A stretch of DNA of 27,441 bases, counting the filler, from an uncultured virus (IMG/VR IMGVR_UViG_2049941000_000131) (lineage: Duplodnaviria > Heunggongvirae > Uroviricota > Caudoviricetes). It is 4 parts of one record of this genome, joined end to end, with 100 filler letters (N's around TTAATTAATTAA, not from the genome) between each part and the next. Parts side by side here need not be neighbours in the genome. Positions count along the whole stretch, not along the records: positions 13,453 to 27,441 come from IMGVR_UViG_2049941000_000131; 3 more parts are not named here. One strand, given 5' to 3'. The position numbers and the translations under genes were made by a program. This document shows, piece by piece, positions 15,411 through 24,789 of this stretch (position 1 is the stretch's first letter; each line of letters opens with the position of its first letter). Under the pieces are notes generated by a model. That model saw nothing but the letters and a program-made list of their open reading frames with translations. It ran no database searches and was not told where the DNA came from.

Positions 15411-15663
15411 TACCGCCGCCCCCTACAAGTACCCAGCCGCTTAACGTCAGCCTGTACAAATTGCCTGTATCGTCACACAAAGCAGTTGATCCCGGTGAAG
15501 CGTTTGTTATCAAGTTAAGCTTAGAAATATCGGTTTCATTAAGACCGTAATCGTTGCGCCCCTGAAAATTAACACCTCCGTTAAGGTTTACAGCGTATAT
15601 TGACCCAAAATCAGGAACGCTGTTTTCATCAAATTCCATGCCTAATTTTATTACCTTGGACAT
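15403..15663 (-). CDS. Small tail-associated hypothetical protein (86 aa)
   Basis: AAAGGAGTG RBS; overlaps the LRR gene start; ASPGSTALCDDTGNLYRL motif. Confidence 0.75.
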   Translation of the reverse strand: MSKVIKLGMEFDENSVPDFGSIYAVNLNGGVNFQGRNDYGLNETDISKLNLITNASPGSTALCDDTGNLYRLTLSGWVLVGGGGNG

Positions 15664-15698
15664 TTTATCACTCCTTTGATATTTAAGGACAAAAACTC

Positions 15699-16403
15699 TT
15701 ATTCCTCAATCTCTTCAAATTCTAACATAAAACGATATCCACACCAAAAATAGTTTTTGCCGTTTATTCTTACCTCACCTCTTGCAAAACTATTTTGTGG
15801 AACTCCAAGAACTCTGTAAAAATGCTTTATTCTTAAATTTGCTTCAAAACTATAAGGATTTGTCAGCAAAAATTTTCTTCCTCCAAGTCCATCTGCAATA
15901 ACTGTTGAATATTCGGAAACAGCTTCAATATTTGTATGATTTTCAGATAAGATATAATATGTATTGGTGTTATTCGTTGAAACACCGATAAACATTGAAT
16001 GAACAGACTGTGGGATATAATAATTTGGAAATGCAAAATCCGTTTTTGATATGTTAATTCCCCAAGCAACGCCATATTCCGTTCTTAAATATGAAATCTC
16101 TGTTGAGGCAGTTGACGCAGAGTCGCTCAATACACATTTATTATTCCCAATATAATACTCTGCTAATATTCCCGATGTGCCGTTAAGCGAAACTATTATC
16201 TTCATTTTGTTTTGTGAATCAAGATTAATTGTTAGGACAGAGCTTGATACATTCCTTGAAAATGTTACATCTTCAAATCCGGAAAAAAATTCCTCAAAAA
16301 ACGTCCAAACCTGAGAAATTGTCGATGACGTTATTTCCGATGTTGTCCAGGAACGTGATACAATTTCGTTAAAAGTTGCTGTTGATGCTGACATATTATT
16401 CAT
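15699..16403 (-). CDS. Hypothetical tail-region protein (234 aa)
   Basis: Full ORF overlapping the upstream stop; visibly AT-rich; aromatic/beta-rich composition. Confidence 0.75.
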   Translation of the reverse strand: MNNMSASTATFNEIVSRSWTTSEITSSTISQVWTFFEEFFSGFEDVTFSRNVSSSVLTINLDSQNKMKIIVSLNGTSGILAEYYIGNNKCVLSDSASTASTEISYLRTEYGVAWGINISKTDFAFPNYYIPQSVHSMFIGVSTNNTNTYYILSENHTNIEAVSEYSTVIADGLGGRKFLLTNPYSFEANLRIKHFYRVLGVPQNSFARGEVRINGKNYFWCGYRFMLEFEEIEE

Positions 16404-17052
16404 CCTCCTCGTATGTTACAGGTTCTGTTTTAACACTGCATGAATTCAGTGATATAAGAACAGCATGCCGAGTAGTTTCCGTACAATCTCCGGCAGTAAG
16501 TTTTTCATCCAGTCTTTTGATTGCTCTTATAACTTCATTTTTACCCGAAAGATATTCGTCCCTGCTATACATAATCTCACTAAGCAGCGACGCATATTTT
16601 TCCGTGTAATCATTTTGAATTCCGGAAAGCTCATTGACAATATCCTCAACAGCGTCCGTAATATCAGAACTGATTATGCTTTGGACTCCCGAAAGCCGTG
16701 ACTCAATTGTGCCTTTTGCTGTGCTTATTTCGTTTGTTAAGTGACTTTCGGAACTATCTATTACACTTTCGATCGTATATTGAGAGTTTCCAAGCTTGCT
16801 TAAAATGTCGTTTGCCGTGCTTTGAACACCGCTTACCGATGAGTTAACACTACTGCTTACATTCCCCGCAGCTGTATTAATCGTGCTTTTTATCTCGTTC
16901 GAGGCTAATTCTATTTTCGCAATTACATCTTGGCTGCTTCCTGAGTTCGCTAAGTTTGTATCGATAACCCTCATATTGCTGTTAAAGTCCTCTATGTTGA
17001 AATAATCCGAGCCGGACGGCATTTTTAAATTGTAATTAGGTGTAGTATTCAT
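16396..17052 (-). CDS. Tail fibre-like protein (N-terminal anchor + coiled coil)
   Basis: MNTTPNYNLKMPSGSDYFNIEDFNSNMRVID resembles siphophage fibre N-termini; Ser-rich helical middle. Confidence 0.65.
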   Translation of the reverse strand: MNTTPNYNLKMPSGSDYFNIEDFNSNMRVIDTNLANSGSSQDVIAKIELASNEIKSTINTAAGNVSSSVNSSVSGVQSTANDILSKLGNSQYTIESVIDSSESHLTNEISTAKGTIESRLSGVQSIISSDITDAVEDIVNELSGIQNDYTEKYASLLSEIMYSRDEYLSGKNEVIRAIKRLDEKLTAGDCTETTRHAVLISLNSCSVKTEPVTYEEDE

Positions 17053-17480
17053 TCTATCCCCTGACTTCCATCAGTATTATAAATAATAAGGCAATATACG
17101 TTCATTGTATATGTTTTAGTTTCATCACTTTCGTTCCTAAAAGAAAAATTTCCCTGAATGCTTCTGCCATCTCTTGTATATCTGAGATTTGTATCAGTAT
17201 AAAAACTTTTATCGCCAAAATCACAAGTAACCATTATGATTGGATGTTGCTGCTCAATATTGATGTTATCGGGGAAAATATTGTCAAATCTAAATTGTAT
17301 GTTTCTGAGTGTTCCGGAGTTTATTGAATCGGTAAATGTTCTCGTTCCCCAACGCATTTGCAGCTTGTCTTTATGATTAAAAAAGGAATTAATGTCCGAT
17401 GCACTTGGGTTTATTCCTTGTACTTTTGCACAAACCTCATCCAACTCTTCACCCGAATAACTCAGCGTATAATCTGCCAT
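17049..17480 (-). CDS. Tail-region hypothetical protein (143 aa)
   Basis: GAAAGGAG RBS; MADYTLSYSGEELDE N-terminus; ATGA overlap with the next gene. Confidence 0.75.
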   Translation of the reverse strand: MADYTLSYSGEELDEVCAKVQGINPSASDINSFFNHKDKLQMRWGTRTFTDSINSGTLRNIQFRFDNIFPDNINIEQQHPIIMVTCDFGDKSFYTDTNLRYTRDGRSIQGNFSFRNESDETKTYTMNVYCLIIYNTDGSQGIE

Positions 17481-17499
17481 AAATCATTAGCTCCTTTCA

Positions 17500-18696
17500 T
17501 TACAGCAGCTCTTCGCCTGTCAAACCTACCGCTGAAATCTCAGCCGAAAAACCACCGCTGTACTTGAATTTTAACTTTGTTATAGGAATAGCATACACTG
17601 TCCTGCTGTTAATATCCGCATAATTGACAACATCTCCCAAGTCAAAACGAGGGTCCCCCAATCGCTGATTTACCTCGGCTGTGTACCATGAAAAACCGCC
17701 TGTTTTTACAAACAATGAACTCAGCAAAACCGCTGTTATATACGGATTTTCAAACTCCAACACTCTGCCCTGTGTTTTATCTGTATTGCCTATGGTGAGT
17801 GTTACCGTATTCCCGCCCGACAAGGACGGAACGTGACAAATAATACCGATAATACTGTTTGCTTTTTCGGATACAGTAGGTTCGTCTATTGTGTTTTGAG
17901 TAACGGTTCTCTGAGCCATGCTGTACCATTTCCGTACGTATTGACCATGACGGTTTATAAATCCGAACTGCCCGTTTGCCGCCGCAATATAGGACAGCAT
18001 TTGACGTTTTGTGCAGCCCTCGGGAATTGCCGATATTTCAAAAACAAAGCTTCCTGTTTTAATTCTGTTACCGTTTTTGTCGTAAACATCCTTGTTATTT
18101 GCTTCAATTAAATATGCCGCTTCGTTAAAGTTATTGCCGTTTTCGCATCCAATTTGACTGCAAATATCATCTTCAATTTCCCTTGAAGATGCCGGTAAAC
18201 TTACATTGCGCTCATATACACTATCCGAAAAATACAGCCTGTCATACAATTCAAGTTCTGAAATATCACCTTTTTTCTTATGCTTGACACATGTAAATTC
18301 TCCCAACGGAATGTTTTCATTACATAAAATCTCATTGAGCCTGACAATTTCGTTTACTGTCATGCCCATAAGCTCCGAAAAAGTGTACGGTCTAAGCTCA
18401 TCATAGGTTATCCCGAAACGGTTTCTTAGGTAGATATACAGTTTGAATTGCTGCCCTAAAAATGATGTATTTTTTGCTCCGGTAAGCCTTACTGAAAGTG
18501 ACTGCGAACATATCGCTCCAAGCTCAATATCATCGGAAAGTGTTGTTGAAGCTGTTTCCGTTTCGGCAGAAAACAGATATTCTCCCGCATATTTTTCACC
18601 TGTTGATATACGCTCCAAGATTAAACCGTAAAGAGGATTAAGACTTCGTATAGCCTGTTCTACCTCTGCGTTTTCAACTTTATACACACTTATCAC
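17500..18696 (-). CDS. Tail tip/minor structural protein (Tal position)
   Basis: 398 aa, second gene after the tape measure; GDPRFDLGDVV motif. Confidence 0.7.
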   Translation of the reverse strand: MISVYKVENAEVEQAIRSLNPLYGLILERISTGEKYAGEYLFSAETETASTTLSDDIELGAICSQSLSVRLTGAKNTSFLGQQFKLYIYLRNRFGITYDELRPYTFSELMGMTVNEIVRLNEILCNENIPLGEFTCVKHKKKGDISELELYDRLYFSDSVYERNVSLPASSREIEDDICSQIGCENGNNFNEAAYLIEANNKDVYDKNGNRIKTGSFVFEISAIPEGCTKRQMLSYIAAANGQFGFINRHGQYVRKWYSMAQRTVTQNTIDEPTVSEKANSIIGIICHVPSLSGGNTVTLTIGNTDKTQGRVLEFENPYITAVLLSSLFVKTGGFSWYTAEVNQRLGDPRFDLGDVVNYADINSRTVYAIPITKLKFKYSGGFSAEISAVGLTGEELL

Positions 18697-19073
18697 CTCT
18701 CAATCAGATTTACGGTGAGCTTTCTATAAATGACATTTCCGTTGTTGTAAATTATGCCTGTGGGAGTCGCAAGACCTGCGTAACAAGTAATCGCAATATA
18801 AACACATCTGTGATAAAACTCAACCGGAAAATAGTCCGCTCCGTCCTCGACAAGCTGTAAAATTTGTGTTGTATCTTCCTCTGAAATCATCGTCCAGCAT
18901 AGAGGAATTTTGTATTTGAAATACTGTCTTGAACCTACCGATGTTCCCGAAACAACACGTCCCGAATTAGATGTCCATTCGGGGTTATTGGTAGGTGACC
19001 ATGTTTCCGGATCGGGATTTTTTACCCATACACCGTTAATTTTTATCAGGTTCATGTTTTGGTTAAGGCTCAA
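18693..19073 (-). CDS. Distal tail protein-like (Dit position)
   Basis: 126 aa directly after the tape measure; IKINGVWVKNP...NSGRVVSG. Confidence 0.65.
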   Translation of the reverse strand: MSLNQNMNLIKINGVWVKNPDPETWSPTNNPEWTSNSGRVVSGTSVGSRQYFKYKIPLCWTMISEEDTTQILQLVEDGADYFPVEFYHRCVYIAITCYAGLATPTGIIYNNGNVIYRKLTVNLIER

Positions 19074-22060
19074 AACGCTTTCGCCCCCGTTCTGCGTTCG
19101 TATTCAGCCGACAATTTGCGTATTGCTTCAAACAGCACTCGTTTATCAACTTCTGCTATTACAGTCAAATCGAGTTCACGCAGGATAGATATTATCTCTC
19201 TCAGCAGCTCGATTATTTGGTTAAGTTCTATACCGCCCGAAAGCATACCTTCCAATTTCGAGAGAGGCGCTATAACTTCGGGGTCAACACTTGCGTTTTC
19301 ATTATCGCCTACCATTGCAAGTGTTGGAGCCGTTGCAAGTCCGCCGTTATAAAGTCTTGGAATCCTCGGTACTTCATCAGGCATTGAAAAGCCCCAGTCT
19401 GCTCCAAACAACCCTCCGATTGCGCCCACAAAATCGCCTACACCGTCAACAATGGATTTCAGAACACCGTAAAGAGCTGACCAGACTGTGTTAAGAGCGT
19501 CTATCACTAAGTTTAATGCGCCCTTTATAACACCCCATATTATGATACAAATACCATGAACAAACTCTGCAAAGCCTTTTACGGCTTTTTCCATATCTCC
19601 GGTAAAAATGCCTGTTATAAAGTCAAGCACACCCTGTAAGCTTCGTATAAGTCCACGAATAACGTCAATAATTATTCCAACAGCATCGCACACAGCATCC
19701 CGAATCGACTTTAACGCACTTAACACACCCACCATAATACGCTTGATAAACGTATCGTAAAGCGGACGGAGAAAGCCGTTCCAAAGAGCCGTTACCGTAT
19801 CCATCAGACTGCTGATAAATTCAAGTATTCCGTCCCAAAGCTTGCTTAAATGCTTATCCCAAAGTTCTCCTACAGAGTCAATAATGTAATCAATGAATGG
19901 TGTAATGTAGTTATTCCGAAAATCGAGCAAAACCGTTTGAACGTCAAAAAACGCTTGTGTTAATTTGTCAAAAGCTTCCGAACCGGTGTCGTCCCACCAC
20001 TCTGTAAGCCTTGTCCCGATATCGCCTAAAATGCCGCCGAATGTAGTCATTGCATTTGCAGCATTTTCATTTAGTCCGTCAAAAAATGTCCCGATAGTGT
20101 CTTTGTTATCCGATGTCCAAGTTTCAAAATTCTTGGAAAGAATATCAAGTTTGCCTGTTAGAACATCTGTGAACGATAAAGCAAAAATGCTTGCTCCGCC
20201 TAATAAATCTGCATATCCTGTTGATAAATCTTCACTGCATCTGCCTAAGCTTGCGTTAGCTTCATTCAAAATATTTGATATTCCGTTTGAAGTCTGAACA
20301 GCTGTATTTTCAAAATGCGTTTTTATCTTGTCGGTATATTCGGAAATGGTACCGCCGTATTTGTCAACATACTTTTCTATGCTTTTTTGCGCAGTATCAA
20401 GTACATTTTGTGAATATGTTTTTACTTTATCGGTTAAAGTATGAAACATATTCATCAAATTTTCAATTTTGCTTTTAATGTTGTCAAAATTTACAGAATT
20501 AACAGCGTCCTGCAAATTATCAACACTATTCGCTGTATTTTGTACGCTTTGTGTTATTTCCTCTGCTTGTTCTTTTTGTTCTTGACTGTCGTTTTCCTCT
20601 TCATCGGGTCCTTTTGCAACGCTCATTTCATCGAAACCAGCGAGATAATTTTTTGCTTTTTTCTCCTGCTTCTTTTCGGTTTCTTCAATTTTTTCCTGAA
20701 CCTTTTCCTCCGCTTTAACTGCGGTATCAGCAGCATTAGAAACAGCGCCGCCAACGTCCTCTGCATTATCAATATCCCAGCCGAAAAGCTCAGACAGCGC
20801 CTGTGTGGCTGCTTTTGCTGTTTCTGTTAAAGATTGAATTGCGTTTGTTATCTTGTGAATTATAGGTATTAATGCTTGTAAAATTGGCTTCCCTATTGCC
20901 GCTTGAAATTGTTTCCAAGCCTCTTTTAAATTGCCTGTTACATTTTCCCAGCCATCGGCTTCTCGTGCGGCTTGCCCCATTGCTCCCGACAGCTTATTAG
21001 CGTCTTTTACCATTTGCAGAAGCGCAAGCTGTTTTTGAGCTTCCGAAAGGTCCTTAAATGACTTCCCATACAGTTTATTAGCGGCAGCATTTCTCGTTGT
21101 TTCAGTGCATGAAATACCCAGCGCCGCATCGTTTGCATAGTTGCCTTTTAAAAATGCTTTTAAACTTTCGGCGGTATCTTCAAGTGAACGGTCATAATAT
21201 GCAGCACTGTCGGCAGTCACTTGCAAAGCCTCCTGCATCATATTCAGAGCATTTACGGAGTCCATGCCGCTTGCCTTTGCGAAAGCGTAAATCTGAGTGC
21301 CGACACCCTGCAAACGTGTTTCCAATATTCCGCTTTCATCAGCCACTTTTTTTATAGCGTTTCTTGCTTCGGTTTCAAGCGTTCCGAAAGTCTGCTCCAG
21401 CTGCGCATTAAGAGCTTTGACCTGCGCCGCAGCTTCTACGCACGACTTTGTAAAAGCAACAACCTGTTTTACTGCAAATGCGCTTATTATTAATGCTCCT
21501 AATTTTTTAACAGCATTTCCAAGCGAATTTGTAATGCTGGAAGCTGTGTTTTGAGCCTGATTTCCAAGCTCCGATGTTTGCTGTGCAGCATTCCGGAGAT
21601 GTTGAGAAAGATTATTTGCATTTTGATTTAGAGCTTGTGATACTTGACCTGAATTTCCTTGGACAGCCTGCGAAACATTACCCGACATCTGCGTTAGCTG
21701 GTTTTGTATACCATTGGCAAGATTGCTCGCAGCATTGTTCATTGTTCCGTTTAAGCTTTGACCCATCTGTGTCATGCTGTTTTGCATATTGGAGGCAATT
21801 TGTGCAGAGGTGCTTTGAAAGGTACTCATCATGGATTGTGACAAGCCGTTAACACTGTTCTGCACGCCGTTTGCCATTTGTGATATACTGTTTCCCAATC
21901 TCTGCATACTGTTTTCACAGCCTGTAAGAGCTGCGCTGAAACCTTGCGTTAACTGAGCATTGATCTGTTGAGCTGCTGCGGATATAGCTTGATTTAAGGC
22001 ATTTGTATTAACACTCAAATCAAAGGAAACCGAACCGACTGTAGTTGTATTACCCGCCAT
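19070..22060 (-). CDS. Tail tape measure protein
   Basis: 996 aa, helical Ala/Gln/Asn-rich, periodic Trp/Phe, C-terminal IPRLYNGGLATAPTLAMVGDN...PEVIAPLSKL. Confidence 0.95.
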   Translation of the reverse strand: MAGNTTTVGSVSFDLSVNTNALNQAISAAAQQINAQLTQGFSAALTGCENSMQRLGNSISQMANGVQNSVNGLSQSMMSTFQSTSAQIASNMQNSMTQMGQSLNGTMNNAASNLANGIQNQLTQMSGNVSQAVQGNSGQVSQALNQNANNLSQHLRNAAQQTSELGNQAQNTASSITNSLGNAVKKLGALIISAFAVKQVVAFTKSCVEAAAQVKALNAQLEQTFGTLETEARNAIKKVADESGILETRLQGVGTQIYAFAKASGMDSVNALNMMQEALQVTADSAAYYDRSLEDTAESLKAFLKGNYANDAALGISCTETTRNAAANKLYGKSFKDLSEAQKQLALLQMVKDANKLSGAMGQAAREADGWENVTGNLKEAWKQFQAAIGKPILQALIPIIHKITNAIQSLTETAKAATQALSELFGWDIDNAEDVGGAVSNAADTAVKAEEKVQEKIEETEKKQEKKAKNYLAGFDEMSVAKGPDEEENDSQEQKEQAEEITQSVQNTANSVDNLQDAVNSVNFDNIKSKIENLMNMFHTLTDKVKTYSQNVLDTAQKSIEKYVDKYGGTISEYTDKIKTHFENTAVQTSNGISNILNEANASLGRCSEDLSTGYADLLGGASIFALSFTDVLTGKLDILSKNFETWTSDNKDTIGTFFDGLNENAANAMTTFGGILGDIGTRLTEWWDDTGSEAFDKLTQAFFDVQTVLLDFRNNYITPFIDYIIDSVGELWDKHLSKLWDGILEFISSLMDTVTALWNGFLRPLYDTFIKRIMVGVLSALKSIRDAVCDAVGIIIDVIRGLIRSLQGVLDFITGIFTGDMEKAVKGFAEFVHGICIIIWGVIKGALNLVIDALNTVWSALYGVLKSIVDGVGDFVGAIGGLFGADWGFSMPDEVPRIPRLYNGGLATAPTLAMVGDNENASVDPEVIAPLSKLEGMLSGGIELNQIIELLREIISILRELDLTVIAEVDKRVLFEAIRKLSAEYERRTGAKAF

Positions 22061-22409
22061 TCGTCACACCTCCCGACAAAGCTATAAAGCCATTTTTTAT
22101 ACTGTTCAAAACACTGTCCATCGTTTTTTCGGAAACTTTCAGCGCTTTTTTATTTCTCCATTCATTACGGATTTTACGCTGATGTACAGTAAAATTTTTA
22201 AGAATTTTAGGATCGTTTTCCGCTCTTATTTGAACAATTCTTCCCAAAGGGGATTCGGGACTGAGTCCTGATAACAATGCGCAGAACTCGTCCCATTTCA
22301 TCTTTTTAAAATCTTCCGAATAAATTCTAATCCCATACTCCGATAAAAAAGAGGATATAATTAAATCAAAGTCCTCTATTATGTCGTAGCATGGGTCTGA
22401 ACTTCCCCC
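22050..22409 (-). CDS. Tail assembly chaperone, frameshifted C-terminal part (Gp15-like)
   Basis: Frame stays open upstream of the track's ATG (SDPCYDIIEDFDLIISSFLSEYGIRIYSEDFKKMKWDEF...) up to GGGGGAA at 22409-22403. Confidence 0.85.
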   Translation of the reverse strand, partial: GGSSDPCYDIIEDFDLIISSFLSEYGIRIYSEDFKKMKWDEFCALLSGLSPESPLGRIVQIRAENDPKILKNFTVHQRKIRNEWRNKKALKVSEKTMDSVLNSIKNGFIALSGGVTNGG

Positions 22410-22687
22410 TCGTCACCGCTGTCCATAACAAGTGACATTGCTGTTTCAAAGAGAATACGAAAATTCTTGATATTCAGCTTCATTGCTCTGATTTTATCAT
22501 AATCTTCCTGCGAAAAGATTGTACTGCAAATACGCTCAATAGTTTCTGCATTCATCTCACCGTTTAACAGCGGAACTACTTCAAGCATTTTTACGGCTTC
22601 ATCGTTTACGGTAAGAGTAATATCGCCTATTCTGATTTGCGGCTTTTCCAATGATAATTTCTCTGTAATATCTACTATCTTTGACAT
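22379..22687 (-). CDS. Tail assembly chaperone (G-like)
   Basis: 102 aa between major tail and tape measure, with a slippery site near the 3' end. Confidence 0.85.
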   Translation of the reverse strand: MSKIVDITEKLSLEKPQIRIGDITLTVNDEAVKMLEVVPLLNGEMNAETIERICSTIFSQEDYDKIRAMKLNIKNFRILFETAMSLVMDSGDEGEVQTHATT

Positions 22688-22701
22688 TTCAAATATCTCC
22701 T

Positions 22702-23178
22702 TTACGTTGGCTGTGTTACAGTTGGCTGTGTTACAGTTGGCTGTGTTACAGTTGGCTTCTTGTTGCTCATTACCTCAAATTCAAGAGGTGCAACTGCGGT
22801 TGAATCACCTGATCCGAGCGCAGTTACATTTATTGCCGAATTTGGAAGTTTGATTGATGTACCATCGGGAAAATCCCATTCAAAGTCCGCCATTGCTTCT
22901 CTGCCGTTTTTAAACGCAATATCGGCTACAAAGTCATTGCCGGTATCTCCGACTTTTCTTTTTGCGGTAACTGTAATTGTTACTGATTTTGCCGTTGGCA
23001 GCCTGCTAACCCAGCCGTCGTCTTCAAATGCATACCACTCTTCAATACCGTTGCTGAATGCTACCGAAAAAGTAGTGCATTCTGCAATTGTATTCAATGT
23101 TTGTGTGCCTGTTTCACCGATTTTGAATTGATTTTCATAACAGGGATATACTCCCGCAAACGGTGTTTGGTCTGGCAT
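22702..23178 (-). CDS. Major tail (tail tube) protein
   Basis: Position; FSVAFSNGIEEW...KRKVGDTGND...APLEFEVMSN. Confidence 0.85.
   Translation of the reverse strand: MPDQTPFAGVYPCYENQFKIGETGTQTLNTIAECTTFSVAFSNGIEEWYAFEDDGWVSRLPTAKSVTITVTAKRKVGDTGNDFVADIAFKNGREAMADFEWDFPDGTSIKLPNSAINVTALGSGDSTAVAPLEFEVMSNKKPTVTQPTVTQPTVTQPT
22706..22757. repeat. 15-bp perfect tandem repeat, ~3.5 copies (encodes PTVTQ)
   Basis: GTTGGCTGTGTTACA x3 + GTTGGCT. Confidence 0.95.
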
Positions 23179-23180
23179 AA

Positions 23181-23645
23181 TTAATCCGTCCTTTCGTAAT
23201 AAACATCAAACTCTATTACACGTTCAAAAACTCCGTTGTCATCCGTTCCAACATCTACAGGTTCGGATTGCAGCAATAAGACAAAATAAACGTGTGTATT
23301 ATTTAGCTCTAATGATGTAACCGCCCTGAGCTGCCGATACAGCTCATAGGCGGTTCTTTCTGTTTTATTTGCGTTTTTATTCCAATTGATACNNNNNNNN
23401 NNCCGATACAGCTCATAGGCGGTTCTTTCTGTTTCATTTGCGTTTTTATTCCAATGGATAAGTATAGATATCGGCTTTATCTCATAACATGACGGCTGCC
23501 CGATTGCCATTATTGGCGGCGCTGGATTTTTTCTTTGATAAACTCCGATTGACCTGTCTTTTTTGCCATCTAATTTGCCGATATAGTAACAATCTGCCGT
23601 GATTAGCGTTTTAAGCCAATCTCTGATATCTGACAAGTAAATCAT
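23181..23645 (-). CDS. Tail terminator / minor capsid-like protein (internal assembly duplication)
   Basis: Start MIYLSDIRDWL at 23645; 23334-23391 duplicates 23403-23460 across a 10-N gap. Confidence 0.75.
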   Translation of the reverse strand: MIYLSDIRDWLKTLITADCYYIGKLDGKKDRSIGVYQRKNPAPPIMAIGQPSCYEIKPISILIHWNKNANETERTAYELYRXXXXINWNKNANKTERTAYELYRQLRAVTSLELNNTHVYFVLLLQSEPVDVGTDDNGVFERVIEFDVYYERTD

Positions 23646-23646
23646 T

Positions 23647-24060
23647 TTATGCACCTCGCAGCAGCCTTTTATACAGCCTTTTGAATGTTTCCGGGCAGAA
23701 GTCTTTATGTTCTCCGTCAATCCAAGGTTTTAGCCACAAGCCTCCTGCATTGCTGTTGCCGCCATGGCTTTTGCCTGCTTTGTCAAACCACTCACCACGA
23801 TGAAAGTTATACTCCGGATGAAAGTAAAGCCGCCTTGCATAAGGTGTACTTGAAACAAGCGAAACCTTTCCCATGTCTATTTGGCTTGTATAAACAAATG
23901 TACTTTCATTCTGTAAACAGCCTGTATCTCTTGGCATAACCTCAGCCTGTACGACTTCGGTATGAAGTGCCTCAGCTGTCTGTACAAGAGCTTGCTTTGC
24001 AAGATCACAAAGCTGATTTACCGCTGTTGTATTTATTGTTATTCTTGATGATACCTGCAT
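23647..24060 (-). CDS. Tail completion / minor capsid protein (HK97 gp10-like)
   Basis: MPRDTGCLQNES, STPYARRLYFHPEYNF, NAGGLWL motifs. Confidence 0.8.
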   Translation of the reverse strand: MQVSSRITINTTAVNQLCDLAKQALVQTAEALHTEVVQAEVMPRDTGCLQNESTFVYTSQIDMGKVSLVSSTPYARRLYFHPEYNFHRGEWFDKAGKSHGGNSNAGGLWLKPWIDGEHKDFCPETFKRLYKRLLRGA

Positions 24061-24399
24061 TTATATCAAATCCAATCGTGTGTAATTAACAGTTCCATCC
24101 GGATTACGTGCTTTTTCGCCTTGGAAAATTCTCCTCTTAACCCCGTAAACCTCAACTTCACCATTTGACAGGGTAGGCAATTCAGGTGCAATATCTCCCA
24201 CAAAATACGCCTGTGCAGACAGCTGTACAAGCTGTTTGTCGGCTGTTATAACGGTTTTTGCCTTGTCCTGATAATTGCACATTAGATTAAGAACAACGTC
24301 CGTGAGCGGCTCTCCGTCCTCGGAAACACCCTCTTTGAAAACAGTTACCGTTATAGGAGTTTTGCAGACAGATTTCAGCACCAAACAAGGATATTTCAT
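24061..24399 (-). CDS. Head closure / head-tail joining protein
   Basis: AAAGGAG RBS before ATG 24399 (MKYPCLV); KARNPDGTVNYTRLDL. Confidence 0.75.
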   Translation of the reverse strand: MKYPCLVLKSVCKTPITVTVFKEGVSEDGEPLTDVVLNLMCNYQDKAKTVITADKQLVQLSAQAYFVGDIAPELPTLSNGEVEVYGVKRRIFQGEKARNPDGTVNYTRLDLI

Positions 24400-24400
24400 A

Positions 24401-24778
24401 TTATCGAACTCCTTTATAACACAATCCTGTTTGCATAAGCAAATTATATGTATCACGTCTGATTGCAATACCGTTTATTACTGCAATGTTCCAACTGCTT
24501 CCAAACTGCATTGATACACCGTTAATCGAGTAGCTCTGCAAAACACTGTTGATCATATCCGCATTATCATACTCAAAATTTGCCATATCAAAGCATACCT
24601 TTTTGATAATTTCCTGCTGAAACACACTGAGGTTGTCAAAGCCTGTTCCGACAATTCTGTTAAAGGTCAGGCTGTCAATATGACGACTTGCATTGTTAAT
24701 ATAAAGCTCTGCTTCGGCAGAGGGAATTTCTCCTCCTAAAGACGAATATTCCTCTGCCGTCAGGTAAGATATTAACAT
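24401..24778 (-). CDS. Head-tail connector (adaptor) protein
   Basis: YLTAEEY...ASRHIDSLTFNRI...SYSINGVSM...LLMQTGL; directly after the capsid gene. Confidence 0.8.
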   Translation of the reverse strand: MLISYLTAEEYSSLGGEIPSAEAELYINNASRHIDSLTFNRIVGTGFDNLSVFQQEIIKKVCFDMANFEYDNADMINSVLQSYSINGVSMQFGSSWNIAVINGIAIRRDTYNLLMQTGLCYKGVR

Positions 24779-24789
24779 TTTAAATCACC

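Noticed and set aside
14988..17480. Diversity-generating retroelement or shufflon acting on tail/LRR genes
   Set aside because: No reverse transcriptase, no template/variable repeat pair with adenine-specific mismatches and no repeated recombination sites in the window.
23334..23460. ~58-bp direct repeat within the tail terminator gene
   Set aside because: The copies flank a 10-N gap and differ by a couple of SNPs; overlap of two allelic contig ends.
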